Source of the DNA: Marsupella aquatica
Lineage: Eukaryota; Plantae; Marchantiophyta
Direction of reading: 5' to 3'
DNA length: 64,000 nt
NCBI GenBank assembly: GCA_973895155.1
Contig: OZ316893.1
Location: 23,892,015 to 23,956,014 of the forward strand
Part shown: positions 12,301 to 22,814 of the stretch, in pieces
Layout of the letters: the number at the start of each line of letters is the position of its first letter
How positions within the stretch are numbered: the stretch's first letter is position 1
The notes under the pieces: model-generated
What the model was told of the DNA's origin: nothing
The model's input: only the letters and a program-made list of their open reading frames with translations
Database searches by the model: none
Program-made: the position numbers and the translations under genes

Positions 12301-13609
12301 CTAGTACAGTGCAATATGAAAATACACTTTGCACTGGTGGACTCTGGACTTGGGTGAAACCTCTATCTAACTGTGAGTGTGGTGGTGAGGAAGCCAGGAA
12401 GCGGTCCCGGACTAGTGAAGAGTAACTCTAGGGAAATTCCATTATGCAAAATCGTGGGTAGTCTGGCTAGGATCATGTCTCCAGCCTATACACTATGTCA
12501 GTTCTGGCGAAGAATACGTGCCAATTCAACTCAGCTGTAGAGCCTGTGAACTGAGGTTGGTCTAACTCCTACTATTCGTTCTGCAAACTGGAAAATAGAT
12601 AAATTCATGACAGTTAAGAACAACTAGTTTGCCTTTGACAACTCAGCTATCTTAAACCTTTAAGATTTGAATGAAATAACAATGGGTTGGGGGCCAAAAC
12701 CAAAGATCTCATCATGTGTATTACCTTCTTTTTGTAATGTTTATTATGTTTTCTTTCACTTTGTACATTGTAGTCTCTTCAGCGTAAATTTATTATTTAC
12801 ACAATGACATATTTTGTGCAACATCTTTTACAACAATATCTTTTTTGCAAATGATATCTTTCTTGCAAATGACATGTTTACCCAAACTACATCCTGTAAA
12901 CAATATAGTATGGTGAAAATTGCAAGTTACAATAGTACATACCGCATTGAATCTGCATCTGCCATACTGCAAGAACACAACCAAAGACCCACATTAATTA
13001 CACTTGGTTTGTGGTCACAAATACCTTGTGCTGGCTTCATTGTGTTTTGATAGTCAAAAATATTACAGTAGTACACTACGCATTAAATCTACATCTACAC
13101 TATTTCCAGAGCACAGCACCACTTGGTTTGTGGTGACAAATAGGGTGTCGTGGTTTGTGTTGATAGTATTATACAGTCTATGGTGGATAAGTGCAGTGTG
13201 AATAAGTGCATTCCATGGGTAACTGTAGGGTGGCCATGTCCTCAATAATACACCAAATTCCTTTGTAAATGCACAAAAAATGCATTTCTGTAAGTGCAAG
13301 TTGCCCGTCACTAAATGACAAAACATAAGGACATTTCCATCTACAAGAGTAGAGATGCATTAATCAATTACTGCAACACATATGTTAGAAGCATTTATTG
13401 ATAAGCAACAGACAACTACACATTGTAATTTCATGCACTTATCCAGTTTGAATCATGCAATACAAGGATTCTGGGTATGAGAAGTCAATGCATATGACTT
13501 GACGCAACAGGCACATATGAATAAGTGTAACATGCACATATGATGAAGTGCATAAAGTGGAGAAGTGCAGGCTCTTGGGTGTCTAAACATATTTTTCTTA
13601 TCTCAAAAT

Positions 13610-13885
13610 GTTTTTATCTCCTCCACATCTTTTGCTCTTGTTACAATCTTTTCTCTCCTCAAAACATTTTCTCCTTGACATCTTTTTCTCCTTGATATCT
13701 TTTCTCACCTTGACATATTTTCTCTCCCAACATCTTCTATCACCTTAGTTGTTTTTGCTCTCCTTGACATATTTCTCTCCTTGAAATCTTTTTCTCATCT
13801 CAGCATCTTTGTCTCTCCTCACATCTTTTCTCTCCTCAACATCTGGACATGTTTATCACCTTGACATATTCTGCTCACCTTGACA
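13610..13885. repeat. Degenerate minisatellite, ~18-19 bp unit (CATCTTTTCTCTCCTTGA-like)
   Basis: More than ten visible imperfect units; a reverse-complement array occurs at ~42795-43050. Confidence 0.75.
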
Positions 13886-13934
13886 ACTTGGTGGTCTAAT
13901 CAAGATAAAATAAGCAATACATACCAGCATTTAC

Positions 13935-14062
13935 TTTGGCCACTGCTTGCCATGTAGGATCAGACACCATACCTGAATGGGTCACAAAGTTCTTGTAATG
14001 CCGTCCACCTTCAATCAAAAGGAAAAGAAGCAATGGACCCCCTTAGTCTTGCAAAGCCACCC
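13935..14062. mobile_element. Right terminus of a decayed or non-autonomous Harbinger relative
   Basis: GTCTTGCAAAGCCACCC (14046-14062) followed by TTA matches the 3667-3683 TIR at 15/17 positions. The upstream CCATGTAGGAT...TCTTGTAA also parallels 3545-3588. The left TIR was not found. Confidence 0.65.
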
Positions 14063-14512
14063 TTAATCCTACCTTGCAGTTCCCAAATTTATCATTTTCT
14101 CCCGAACTCCTGCAAATGAATCAGGCCAAATTCTGTAAAGTTTGTATTAGACCTGGAAGATTCTGAAGGGGCACAATAATCTGCCCTCGCAGTCTCAAAG
14201 CTTTTGAACTCCTAAAGGGGCTCTCTACTTCAAGGAGTCCATTCAATAATTGTCAACTGAAGTTCTTAGTCTCCAGGAAGCAGTCTCCGTTGTCGTGCAA
14301 TACATCTTTTTGTAAGAGTGCATACCTTTTCAGTCAGAGACACGAACAGCTCCTCGTACTGTAGACAATTAAGCTAATACTCCAATTCTAATCGATAGAG
14401 AGAAGTCGAGGCAGTCTCTGGAGTTCTCAGGAGGGTTGTTCATTCGTTGGAGAATGCGTGATCCCCTGTCAATGGCGTAGAATCCATGGACACACTATCG
14501 GTGTTGCTATCC

Positions 14513-14781
14513 TTGGGGGGTTGACGATCAAAAATCTTAGGAACCACATGTGATCCAAAATAGGTATTTTTAATAGAAATTAATTACATTTTTAAGAAGC
14601 ATAGGAGGCAAAGAAGGTATTATAAACTCATGTTTATAGAATATTCTCTAATACATATATATTATAAAGTAAAATAGATTATTAATATTAAAAATAGAAA
14701 TTTTCTATATTAAATAGGTATATTTATATTAGGCTAGGATCACACGTGATACCCAAAATATACACTTAGTTAACCCCTTGA
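14513..14781. mobile_element. MITE-sized deletion derivative of the 39985-41947 TIR element (Mutator-like)
   Basis: Ends are TTGGGGGGTTGAC ... GTTAACCCCTTGA. It is flanked by the imperfect 10 bp direct repeats GTTGCTATCC (14503-14512) and GATGCTATCT (14782-14791). The body is reverse-complement similar to 39985-40235 and 41912-41947. Confidence 0.75.
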
Positions 14782-15208
14782 GATGCTATCTTGCCAAATG
14801 ATGCCAAACATAGACAGGTCGTCCATTCCCTTGTCCATTCCAGCACTTTGCTAGTCTTGAGAGATATGCACTGATATTTGTCACATGCAAATGTTCATCA
14901 TGCTTGTCATATTGCAAAGGTCCATATGCGTAAGACCTTGTATTTAGACATGGAGCAGGCAGGCGGTGAGCTAATCCCAGCCCACACATTACACCGTGGA
15001 TTGCAGGCTTAACGGGCACTCACTGTATTTTCAATGATGTGCCGCAACCTCCTTCAATGAGTTGCAAATGACATGATTGTGTTGTATGCTCAAGGATAGC
15101 GTTGCTCCAAAGCCAGACTCCTACCTTCCAAAGTTTGAACAAGATCCTTCATATTTTCCAAACGGAATTCCATCTCGCACAAACACCACACGCAAACCAT
15201 CAGATAGC

Positions 15209-15456
15209 TGTTGGAAATCACCCGTCAGATTGACCACTCATCATCTTGCTAGCTTAGATGTATAGGACATAATCAGCCTTCTCTAGATCTTGCTAGGTTA
15301 GACGTATAGGACATAATCAGTCGCCCTTATATGACAAAATTGTTAGGGCTTTAGCTCCTGGCTGTGAGTCACCCGGGCTGTGGGAATCATGTATAAGAAT
15401 TGGGTCCGTGCGGTTCATTGGATATCTCAATCATTCATATTATGTCATTTCCAACA
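15209..15456 (+). repeat. 5' LTR of the Copia element (248 bp)
   Basis: TGTTGGAAATCACCCGTCAGATTGAC...TTCCAACA; near-identical to 22815-23018 apart from a ~44 bp internal tandem duplication. Confidence 0.95.
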
Positions 15457-15468
15457 TGGTATCAGAGC
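15457..15468 (+). promoter_or_regulatory. Primer-binding site complementary to the 3' end of initiator tRNA-Met
   Basis: TGGTATCAGAGC directly after the 5' LTR's terminal CA; this is the standard plant LTR-retrotransposon PBS. Confidence 0.93.
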
Positions 15469-15693
15469 GATTCTGATTGGGATCTTGTGGTGCAATATGA
15501 TTGGGATCGTGTTGTAAGTTTTGGTAGAGTTCTTTGTTAGATCACTTAGAACACTAGCATGTGCTTGTTTCTTTAGTGTAGAACAAGTATTTACTACCAT
15601 TAACGGTCATCAGGTCATCATTTTTTTGGTTTTTTTGTTTTTGTTGTATCAAACTAACTACTGACTCCCTAGAAATACATAGGAAGTGCGGCA

Positions 15694-16010
15694 ATGGCGG
15701 CCGTCAAAGAAGTTCCAGAGGGTATGAAAGTAGCTGGTTCTTCTAATTATTTTCTTTGGTCTTACAAGTTGATGCAGCTTTTAAGAAGAGAAAGGTTCTG
15801 GGACCTTGTGGACCCTAGCTATTAGAGAGGACTCCACTACAACTGACCAGACTTAAACTCTACAAGATGCATCAACAATACTAGCAGTTGTTGAGGTGCT
15901 ACTGGACAAGCAGTTGAAAGCTCTTGTCATCTTGACATCCACTGTGAAGGATGAAGTTCTTCACCACATCATGGATCTGACGGATCTTGCTATGGCATGG
16001 GCTAGATTTA
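15694..16010 (+). pseudogene. Copia gag N-terminal fragment (frameshifted, truncated)
   Basis: MAAVKEVPEGMKVAGSSNYFLWSYKLMQLLRRERFWDLVDP, then ...KALVILTSTVKDEVLHHIMDLTDLAMAW; this is the typical Copia gag N-terminus. Confidence 0.8.
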
Positions 16011-16779
16011 CCTCAGGGGTTTCACTTCCACAAAAATGGCACATCACGTGCAATGAAAGATATGGTTGTTTTATTGGTTTGAAGAGAAGACTTAAGAATT
16101 TTTGCAAAATAACAATAGGGTCTTTTAAATTCAATTTTGAGACTTATAAGAATATTAGGGTCTTTCTAACTCTCTCTCTTGGATTCATGATGGCTCTCCT
16201 ATTCCTTTGCTATCCGAGCCAAAGAACACCCCTTTCCTAAATTCTCCAAAAAACCTTATTCCCTAAGGTCCCATCTATAAGTCTACCACTCATTCCTTTG
16301 TTATCCGGGCCAAAGGACGCCCCACTACTATGTTTAAGGCACAAAGAGTTTCACAACCTTGAATGATAAACATTGCGGAATGAGGGGAGAGTGCCCCTCA
16401 TCACTTTATTTATAGTGCACACCAAGAGGGCATGGATCAAGTCCAAACACCTGAATGAAGGCCAAGTGGCAAGCATCAAATACCTAAGAGTGTGTTAATA
16501 CTGTTCATAGTTGGTGGAACTACTGTGCATTGGTAGAATTACTGTCATTGGTAAAACTACTATGCGTAAGTGGAATACTGTGCGTTAGTAGAATTACTGT
16601 AGTTGGTAGAACTACTATGCGTAAGTGAAACTACATGGAATTACTATAGTCTGTACACTATAGCTAAAGAAGTTCATAAAGTCTAAATTTAACAATCTAA
16701 CTACTAAACTACTTATATAATCTATAACATATTAAAACAAACAATTTGTTTATATATTAAGAGAAAATCACGACACCAG
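16011..16779. mobile_element. AT-rich non-Copia segment replacing most of gag/protease/integrase; partly related to the interior of the 39985-41947 element
   Basis: 16160-16330 (CTCTTGGATTCATGATGGCTCT, TTCCTTTG(C/T)TATCCG(A/G)GCCAAAG x2) is reverse-complement similar to 40915-41075. It also contains a GGTAGAATTACTGT-type tandem array at ~16500-16660. Boundaries are approximate. Confidence 0.55.
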
Positions 16780-18438
16780 TGCTACAATGCTGATAAGAAG
16801 CGAGTGATCATTTCTCAGGATGTTACTTGCAATGAGCTGCAACTGAGAATCAGCAATCCCATTACCCAGCCCATTGTTCAACTAGAAGATTTTTTCCCTC
16901 AAGACCTGTTCACTTCAGTCCACACAGGAGTCCACACTAACTCCACTCGGCCAGCAACAACCGGTCAACAACCACAAACAACACTGGCACCTGATGACCA
17001 TGGACCAGACAGCTCAGAGCTGGCACCAGCATTGAATGATGCATGCTCTTCCTAACGACCACACTTTCAATTCTCCCCCAATAAGTCCCCAACGATCGCC
17101 TGATACAAGTGTTTCAGCTCCTATTTCCACAACAACACAAGAATGTAGATATCCAGACCGGGAGAGACGCACCAATGTTAGACTTCCTGGGTTTGATGTG
17201 TATATCAATTGGGCCAAAGTTGATGCCTGTAATTGCGAAGTTGAGTATCCTCTTGGAGAAATATAACGTTTACTCAGGCAACTGCTCATCGAGGATGGAC
17301 AGCAGCCATGGATGACAAGATGAGGTTCATTCTAAAGAATGACACTTGGGAACTGGTGCCTTTACCAGTAGGGAAGACAACAATCATGTGTAAATGGGTC
17401 TACAAAATAAAAGTTGGGACTGATAATGTGAAGCTGAAGGTAAGGATTGTAGCTCAAGGCTTTGAACAAAAATGGGGTAATGATTTTGAGGAGACTTTTG
17501 CCCCATTGGTGAAATGGTCTACTCTTAGAGTTCTCACCTTGCTTGCAGTAGCTCTTGGTTGGAAAATCAGTCAGATGAATATCAAAACTACATTCCTTAA
17601 TGATACTCTCAAGGAGATGGTGTTCATGTATCAACCATCCAGCTATGTTGTGAAAGGAAAAGAGTATTGGGTTTGTAGACTCAAGCGGTCATTATATGGT
17701 TTGAAGCAATCACCTAGGGCCTGGTATGAATGCATTGATTCATTTCTCAGGACTAATGGCTGGCAACAAAGTAGTCAAGACTACAATTTATATTTCATCA
17801 AGGAGGGCAAGACAGTGATCATTTTAGTACTCTTATATGTGGATGATGTGTTTTTGACTGGTAACAATGATGAGAATATCCAAGAATTGAAAGATCAGCC
17901 CAAACAGTGGTTTGAAATGACAGACATGGGACAGATCAACACGTACCTAGGAGTTGAGAGTACATTCGTTGCAAGGAGGGAATTGTAATTCATCAAACAA
18001 AGTACACCACAAGCATTCTGCAAGAGTTTGGAATGGAAAACTGCAGGCCTGCACATGTTCCGTTGCCATCGGGAACAAAATTATTTATGGAAACTAGCAC
18101 TCCAGTTACTGATGGCACACGGTATAGGCAAATTGTCGGTAATCTTATTTACCTCACCAATACACAACCTGACATCTCTTATGCTGTTGGGGTGGTGAGT
18201 AGATTTATGGCAAGTTAGGAGGAGCATCTCCAAGCGGTGATGCATATTCTATGGTACATAGGCCACACTGCGACGTATGGAATATTGTACAACAAGGAGA
18301 GTTCACTTCAATCGTTGGACACACTGATTCTGATTGGGGTTCTTGTCCGGAGACCCAACGCTCTACTGGAGGCTACATGTTCCAAGTGGCTCATGGAGCA
18401 ATTACTTGGTCAAGTAAACTGCAGCCCACAGTATTGAG
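16780..18438 (+). pseudogene. Copia pol remnant: integrase C-terminus, reverse transcriptase and RNase H N-part (stops and frameshifts)
   Basis: CYNADKKRVIISQDV; NDTWELVPLP..CKWVYKIK; LKRSLYGLKQSPRAW; LYVDD; TQPDISYAVGVVSRFM; TDSDWG..RSTGGY..ITWSSKLQPTV. Confidence 0.92.
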
Positions 18439-21400
18439 TGTGACACGGGCAACGTGTCACTTGACCGAACCCAGGTCGAAGATTAGGACTTATACGGTCA
18501 TAAGGACCGTAGCCATAGCGTAGAATAGCACGTATAGCCGCCAAGTTGCCATTATGATTAGATTAGGAGTAGGTTAAGATAACCGAATAATTACGAGTTC
18601 AGGAAAGGGATTATTACGCACGACCGAGGTACGGTGGCGGCAGCGGAGTAAAAATCAGTTAGAAGAATCACGCTTGGACCGAGACGCCAACTTCAGCTCG
18701 TTATCAATGACCAAACGGCCTGACCTTCTCACGCTCGGGCTCGTCCGGGCACCCCCATAAGAGAAGAGCCAATGGCACTGCGGGCCATTCGCTCACGTTT
18801 ACCTTTTTGGAATTCACGGACGCTGCCATCCGCTCGCCTTTTTGATTGAATCCAGTCGACCTTTACGAGGAAATTATCGAGGGAGAAGAGCGGAATGTGG
18901 CGAGATTTAGTCTGGACGAGCGAGGCCTCCGCGAAAAAGGACCAGCCAGGTGGGAACGTGGACGCAACGAACCGGAGTACGAGGTTAGTATGACCCTCAC
19001 AACCTTGGGATTTTGGACCTTGTTTGGTGAGGTAGGTGCTAAGTTCTCCGAGACTTACTGGTACTCTTGCCCCGAGAAAGCCGCTTACGAACGAAGGTAC
19101 GCGAAGCTGGTAACCAAGGTAGCACTGGTTAATTGCGAAAGGATAGCCATCACCAGGGATTCTAGCTATAACGAGCTGCGAGACTACATCACCGAACTAT
19201 ATCTCAGCGAGGAAGGGCTTAGATTGGTAGCAGAGGCGATTCTTGAGGTTCCAGCTAAGTTCTTTAATCTGAAGGGCAACCAGCGGCTTACTCAAGCGGA
19301 GTTCGACAAGATTCCGGGGTACCTAGACCAGCAGATCGCAGCCGAAAAGCGCCAAGAAGACATCAGCAGACAACAGGAAGCGGCGCGTAATCTCACGTTC
19401 CTCGGGGAAAGCTCCAATGCCTTCAACTGGGATATGGCTACCCCAGCGCCTCAACCGATGACCACCGGAGTACCGCCGAACCAGTCCCAAGTCCGTCCAG
19501 TAATCAACGCGGAGTGTTCTTCGGGTTCCGAGCGAGCTAGTCCGCAACTCGAACAGCGTCCTTGTAAGCGGTCAAGGACTACGACGGTCCCCGAATCAAC
19601 ACGGACCGACGCCGCGCCTGCACCTGCCCCGGCAAACCCCCCGACCAACCAGACCCGACGGCCCCCGGATAACCCGAAGTCCAACTTATTACAGGTAATC
19701 CGCGTCCCCGAGGTAGTCTGGATCGCGATCAAGAAACTCAAACATGCGGACTATCTCAAGGAGCATCAGTTGGAGCGGTTCGCCCACTTACTATGGAGGC
19801 CGTGCGCCGCCGGGCCGAAGGAGATTTTTGAGTTCATCTCCAATTTTGACACTGATGCGTCGACCACCAAGGTTTCGGGGCAGACCTTATCACTCACGGA
19901 GCATCGGCTAACACAAATTTTTGGCCTACCAACCGGGCCGGTGCCGGTGGAAATCCGAATTCGGGATAAGGAGTATACGCCGTGGCACTTCAAACCCGAG
20001 GGTAAGATGGACAACGGATACAAGCAGGGGGCGTGCACCAACTTAACCTGTATGGAGCGGCTTAACTTCATACAGACTACCCTACACATGATTGAGCCAC
20101 GATCCGAGATTTCCCTCTGCACGATAGTGCAGGTGGAACAGTACAAACGACGAAACTGGGCCCAATTCTTCTACCGAAGATTCTCGGGGGAGCTGAAGCG
20201 GGCTCAGGGTGGTATGGCTATTGGAGGGAAGACTTACTTGGGAAGTCATATCGCCATTATCCTCGCCTGGTACAAGGCACGGCGGGAGGCCAGAGGAAAG
20301 AATACGGCCACCTCAGCCCCGGGTAATGTCACCCCCGCCCCAGAGGAGGCAACCCCGACTACGCGGACTAATGTCCCTCGGACAAACCCCGAGCCGGAAG
20401 CCCCGACTAATACTCCGCAACCGCCCCCTATGGAAATTCCACCGCCTCCTTTCGTTGAGCCTCCGCTACCTGCAGTACAACCACCCCCAATCCCTCCACC
20501 ACCTGAAGAAACCTTCCCCTCCCCAACGCTGACTACGGAGGAGCTCATTGCCCCTGCCGAGGAACCACCGGTACCCGAGAGGATGGAGGACTACCAAGTA
20601 GCCCCGGGGACCATGGCCTACGACCTGGTCCAGAAGTTTAGCCAGACTATGTCTGGGGAGTTGGCGACATACATCGGACAACAAGTCTCGGCGTACTTTC
20701 AGCCAACCTTCTTCATGTTAGAGCACCAACCACGGATCGTCAGCCGCTTGGAAGAAGAACTCATGGCGAAGGGGAATGAGATCGGGCGTCTCCAGATGCT
20801 GGTAGAGCACCTCGAGGAAGAGGCAACGACCCGCCGCGAGGATTTAGTCCGCACTGTCAAACAGAGGGACGGACTAACCCAGGAGTTAAGCGGAGCGCAG
20901 GCCGAACTCAAGAAGCTGGACGACACCGTGCTTCAATTACGCTCAGAATCTTCGGCTCGGGTTACCAGCCTGATCGACCTCAACAAACAATTCCTGCAGG
21001 CAGCACAGCAGGTGGCTAGTCTCTCCGCCGAACGAGATAAATTGCTAGCGCAGGACCAGGTCCATCGCGACGCCATCGACCAGCTCAACTTGGAGGTGGC
21101 GCGGCTCCAGACTGAAGCCGATGAAGCTGCAAACGAGGCGGAGGAAGCATTACGGGACAACAAGGCTTTGCAGGACCGCGTCACCCTGCTCGTCCTCCAG
21201 CGGGGAAAACCTGGGCCCACCTCTGATCAAGGCGGCTCGAGGTCTCGCCCCGACAAGGGGACCAGCCCTGGTCCAACCACTGCACACACGTAAGGGGTAG
21301 TTAGCGAAGGGTAGAAGCAGGCGCCGCGCGAGGCGGTTAAGTCAGCGGCATCTTTTAGTTAGGCGTAACGACAGAATGACTGTCATTAGGCGCCGATTAG

Positions 21401-22275
21401 CGGCAGTAGGAAGAATTAGGGCAGGTCAGTTAGGATCAGCCAACGTAGGATTGAGTCCATCAACGGACTAGAGTTTGTCAGTAGGCTTGGCCGCTGCCAT
21501 TCCGGTTGGCACACTCGTAGTCGACGGTCAACCGGTCAGTGCAGCGCGACCAGTAGTCAGCAGTTAGTTAGTCAGTAGGTAGTACCCCGGAAGGTAGTAT
21601 CCTCCGATTCTCTTCCGCTATGGTAGTATTTAGGCTTCCCCTTCCGCGATGGGAAGCGGGAGAAGGCTTAGTTATCTCAGCAGAAGAAAGGCAAGGCACG
21701 GGGAGTCCCGGCCTGAGTAGGGTCAGAGCGTACCAAGGAGTGAGAGCCAGAGTCGAGCTTGCTGGGCAAGTGCGAGGCAGGGCCTCGTAGAGACTGGGCA
21801 GCGACTACCGTTGGGCCTCTGACCCCCTTTGAAGTCGAGTCAACCATGTAAACTGATGCTTCGCTGAGTAAATGTAGTCTTTTCTCCCTAATGTTTCTGA
21901 GAGTAACTGGTGTTGTGTGTATGCTTTGTCCGGGCAAAGGCGCCATTTTAAGGGACGTACCGGGTGCGGACTAATGGTAGGGATTGCCACTCATTGCATG
22001 TCACAAGTTCCTGTCACGTTGATGGCTTGAAAAGCCCCAAGTCGGGAGTTAGTCCGCGTCACTAACTGAGGGAAAATTCCAGCGGTGGAAAATAAATATA
22101 CCTATGTCAAGTACGAATTATGCGAGTGTTATACCAGTAAGTATAGCGGTTTAGCCCGACTTAGGGCTAATGAAGGTCACTACACACCTCCTTGCCCGAA
22201 CCCTCACCCCTACTGGTGGTCGAGGTCGCACCACGACACTAACCCGGATTTAAGGCCCAGGGTAGGGGTGCGACA
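18439..22275 (+). mobile_element. 3,837 bp TG...CA element with 5 bp TSD nested in the Copia RNase H; best read as a giant solo LTR (Ty3/gypsy-type termini) carrying a long ORF
   Basis: Starts TGTGACACGGG and ends GGGGTGCGACA. The perfect TSD TTGAG lies at 18434-18438 and 22276-22280. Copia RNase H coding sequence resumes immediately after. No second copy of either terminus was seen inside. Orientation is inferred. Confidence 0.88.
18846..21293 (+). CDS. 815-aa retroelement accessory protein: putative plant-transposon-protein/PMD-like central domain, Pro-rich linkers, long C-terminal coiled coil
   Basis: Stop-free 2.4 kb frame. The central segment EFISNF..TKVSGQTLSLTEHRLTQIFGLP...NWAQFF...LGSHIAIIL resembles accessory ORFs of plant gypsy elements (recalled pattern, not searched). 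The C-terminus is heptad-rich. The true start is uncertain: TTG at 18846, first ATG ~18990, upstream TGA at 18843-18845. Confidence 0.8.
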   Translation: MNPVDLYEEIIEGEERNVARFSLDERGLREKGPARWERGRNEPEYEVSMTLTTLGFWTLFGEVGAKFSETYWYSCPEKAAYERRYAKLVTKVALVNCERIAITRDSSYNELRDYITELYLSEEGLRLVAEAILEVPAKFFNLKGNQRLTQAEFDKIPGYLDQQIAAEKRQEDISRQQEAARNLTFLGESSNAFNWDMATPAPQPMTTGVPPNQSQVRPVINAECSSGSERASPQLEQRPCKRSRTTTVPESTRTDAAPAPAPANPPTNQTRRPPDNPKSNLLQVIRVPEVVWIAIKKLKHADYLKEHQLERFAHLLWRPCAAGPKEIFEFISNFDTDASTTKVSGQTLSLTEHRLTQIFGLPTGPVPVEIRIRDKEYTPWHFKPEGKMDNGYKQGACTNLTCMERLNFIQTTLHMIEPRSEISLCTIVQVEQYKRRNWAQFFYRRFSGELKRAQGGMAIGGKTYLGSHIAIILAWYKARREARGKNTATSAPGNVTPAPEEATPTTRTNVPRTNPEPEAPTNTPQPPPMEIPPPPFVEPPLPAVQPPPIPPPPEETFPSPTLTTEELIAPAEEPPVPERMEDYQVAPGTMAYDLVQKFSQTMSGELATYIGQQVSAYFQPTFFMLEHQPRIVSRLEEELMAKGNEIGRLQMLVEHLEEEATTRREDLVRTVKQRDGLTQELSGAQAELKKLDDTVLQLRSESSARVTSLIDLNKQFLQAAQQVASLSAERDKLLAQDQVHRDAIDQLNLEVARLQTEADEAANEAEEALRDNKALQDRVTLLVLQRGKPGPTSDQGGSRSRPDKGTSPGPTTAHT

Positions 22276-22280
22276 TTGAG

Positions 22281-22697
22281 CTCATCTACAAGAACCTGAG
22301 TACAAAACATTGTCTGATGGAGCTAGAGAAGCAGTATGGATAAAGAGACTCATGAAAGAAATTGGAATATAGCAAGACCACGTAATAGTTAGTTACACAG
22401 ATTCACAAATTATGTCTGATATGTCAGAGTCGGTCATTGTCATGAACTGTGATAATCAAACTGGCACACAATCCAGTATTTAATGCTCGCACAAAGCATA
22501 TCAAAATACAACATCATTTTATTAGGGAACGGGTTCTTGAAGGAGAGATCTACTTGCAACATGTTCCCACAGGAGAACAAACAACTGATATTTGGACAAA
22601 ACCTCTACCGAAACCTGCTGAATTCCACAGATCAGCTTTTGGTCTAGTAGACACTAGAATTCTACATCCTGTCTTAGAGCATGATAGCGTAAAGTAG
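22281..22697 (+). pseudogene. Copia RNase H C-terminal remnant
   Basis: EYKTLSDGAREAVW...IKLAHNPVFNARTKHIKIQHHFIRE...VPTGEQTTDIWTKPL; continues the sequence interrupted at 18438. Confidence 0.9.
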
Positions 22698-22814
22698 CAG
22701 AATCTAACTCCTTCCATTTGAGCTCTGAGATCTGAACACTGAGTAATGTTTACAGTGTACAGAATTGTGAACTGTCTAGAAATTAGAGTATGGTCACTGC
22801 CAGTTGAAGGAGGG

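Noticed and set aside
14786-15208. Possible decayed Mutator-type transposase on the - strand around the Copia insertion (also 23024-23600)
   Set aside because: Only vague fragments (CGLGLAHRL, TTCEAE) with many stops; not supportable without a profile search.
19323-21220. Antisense and alternative-frame ORFs over the 815 aa ORF
   Set aside because: Expected shadows of a GC-rich coding sequence.
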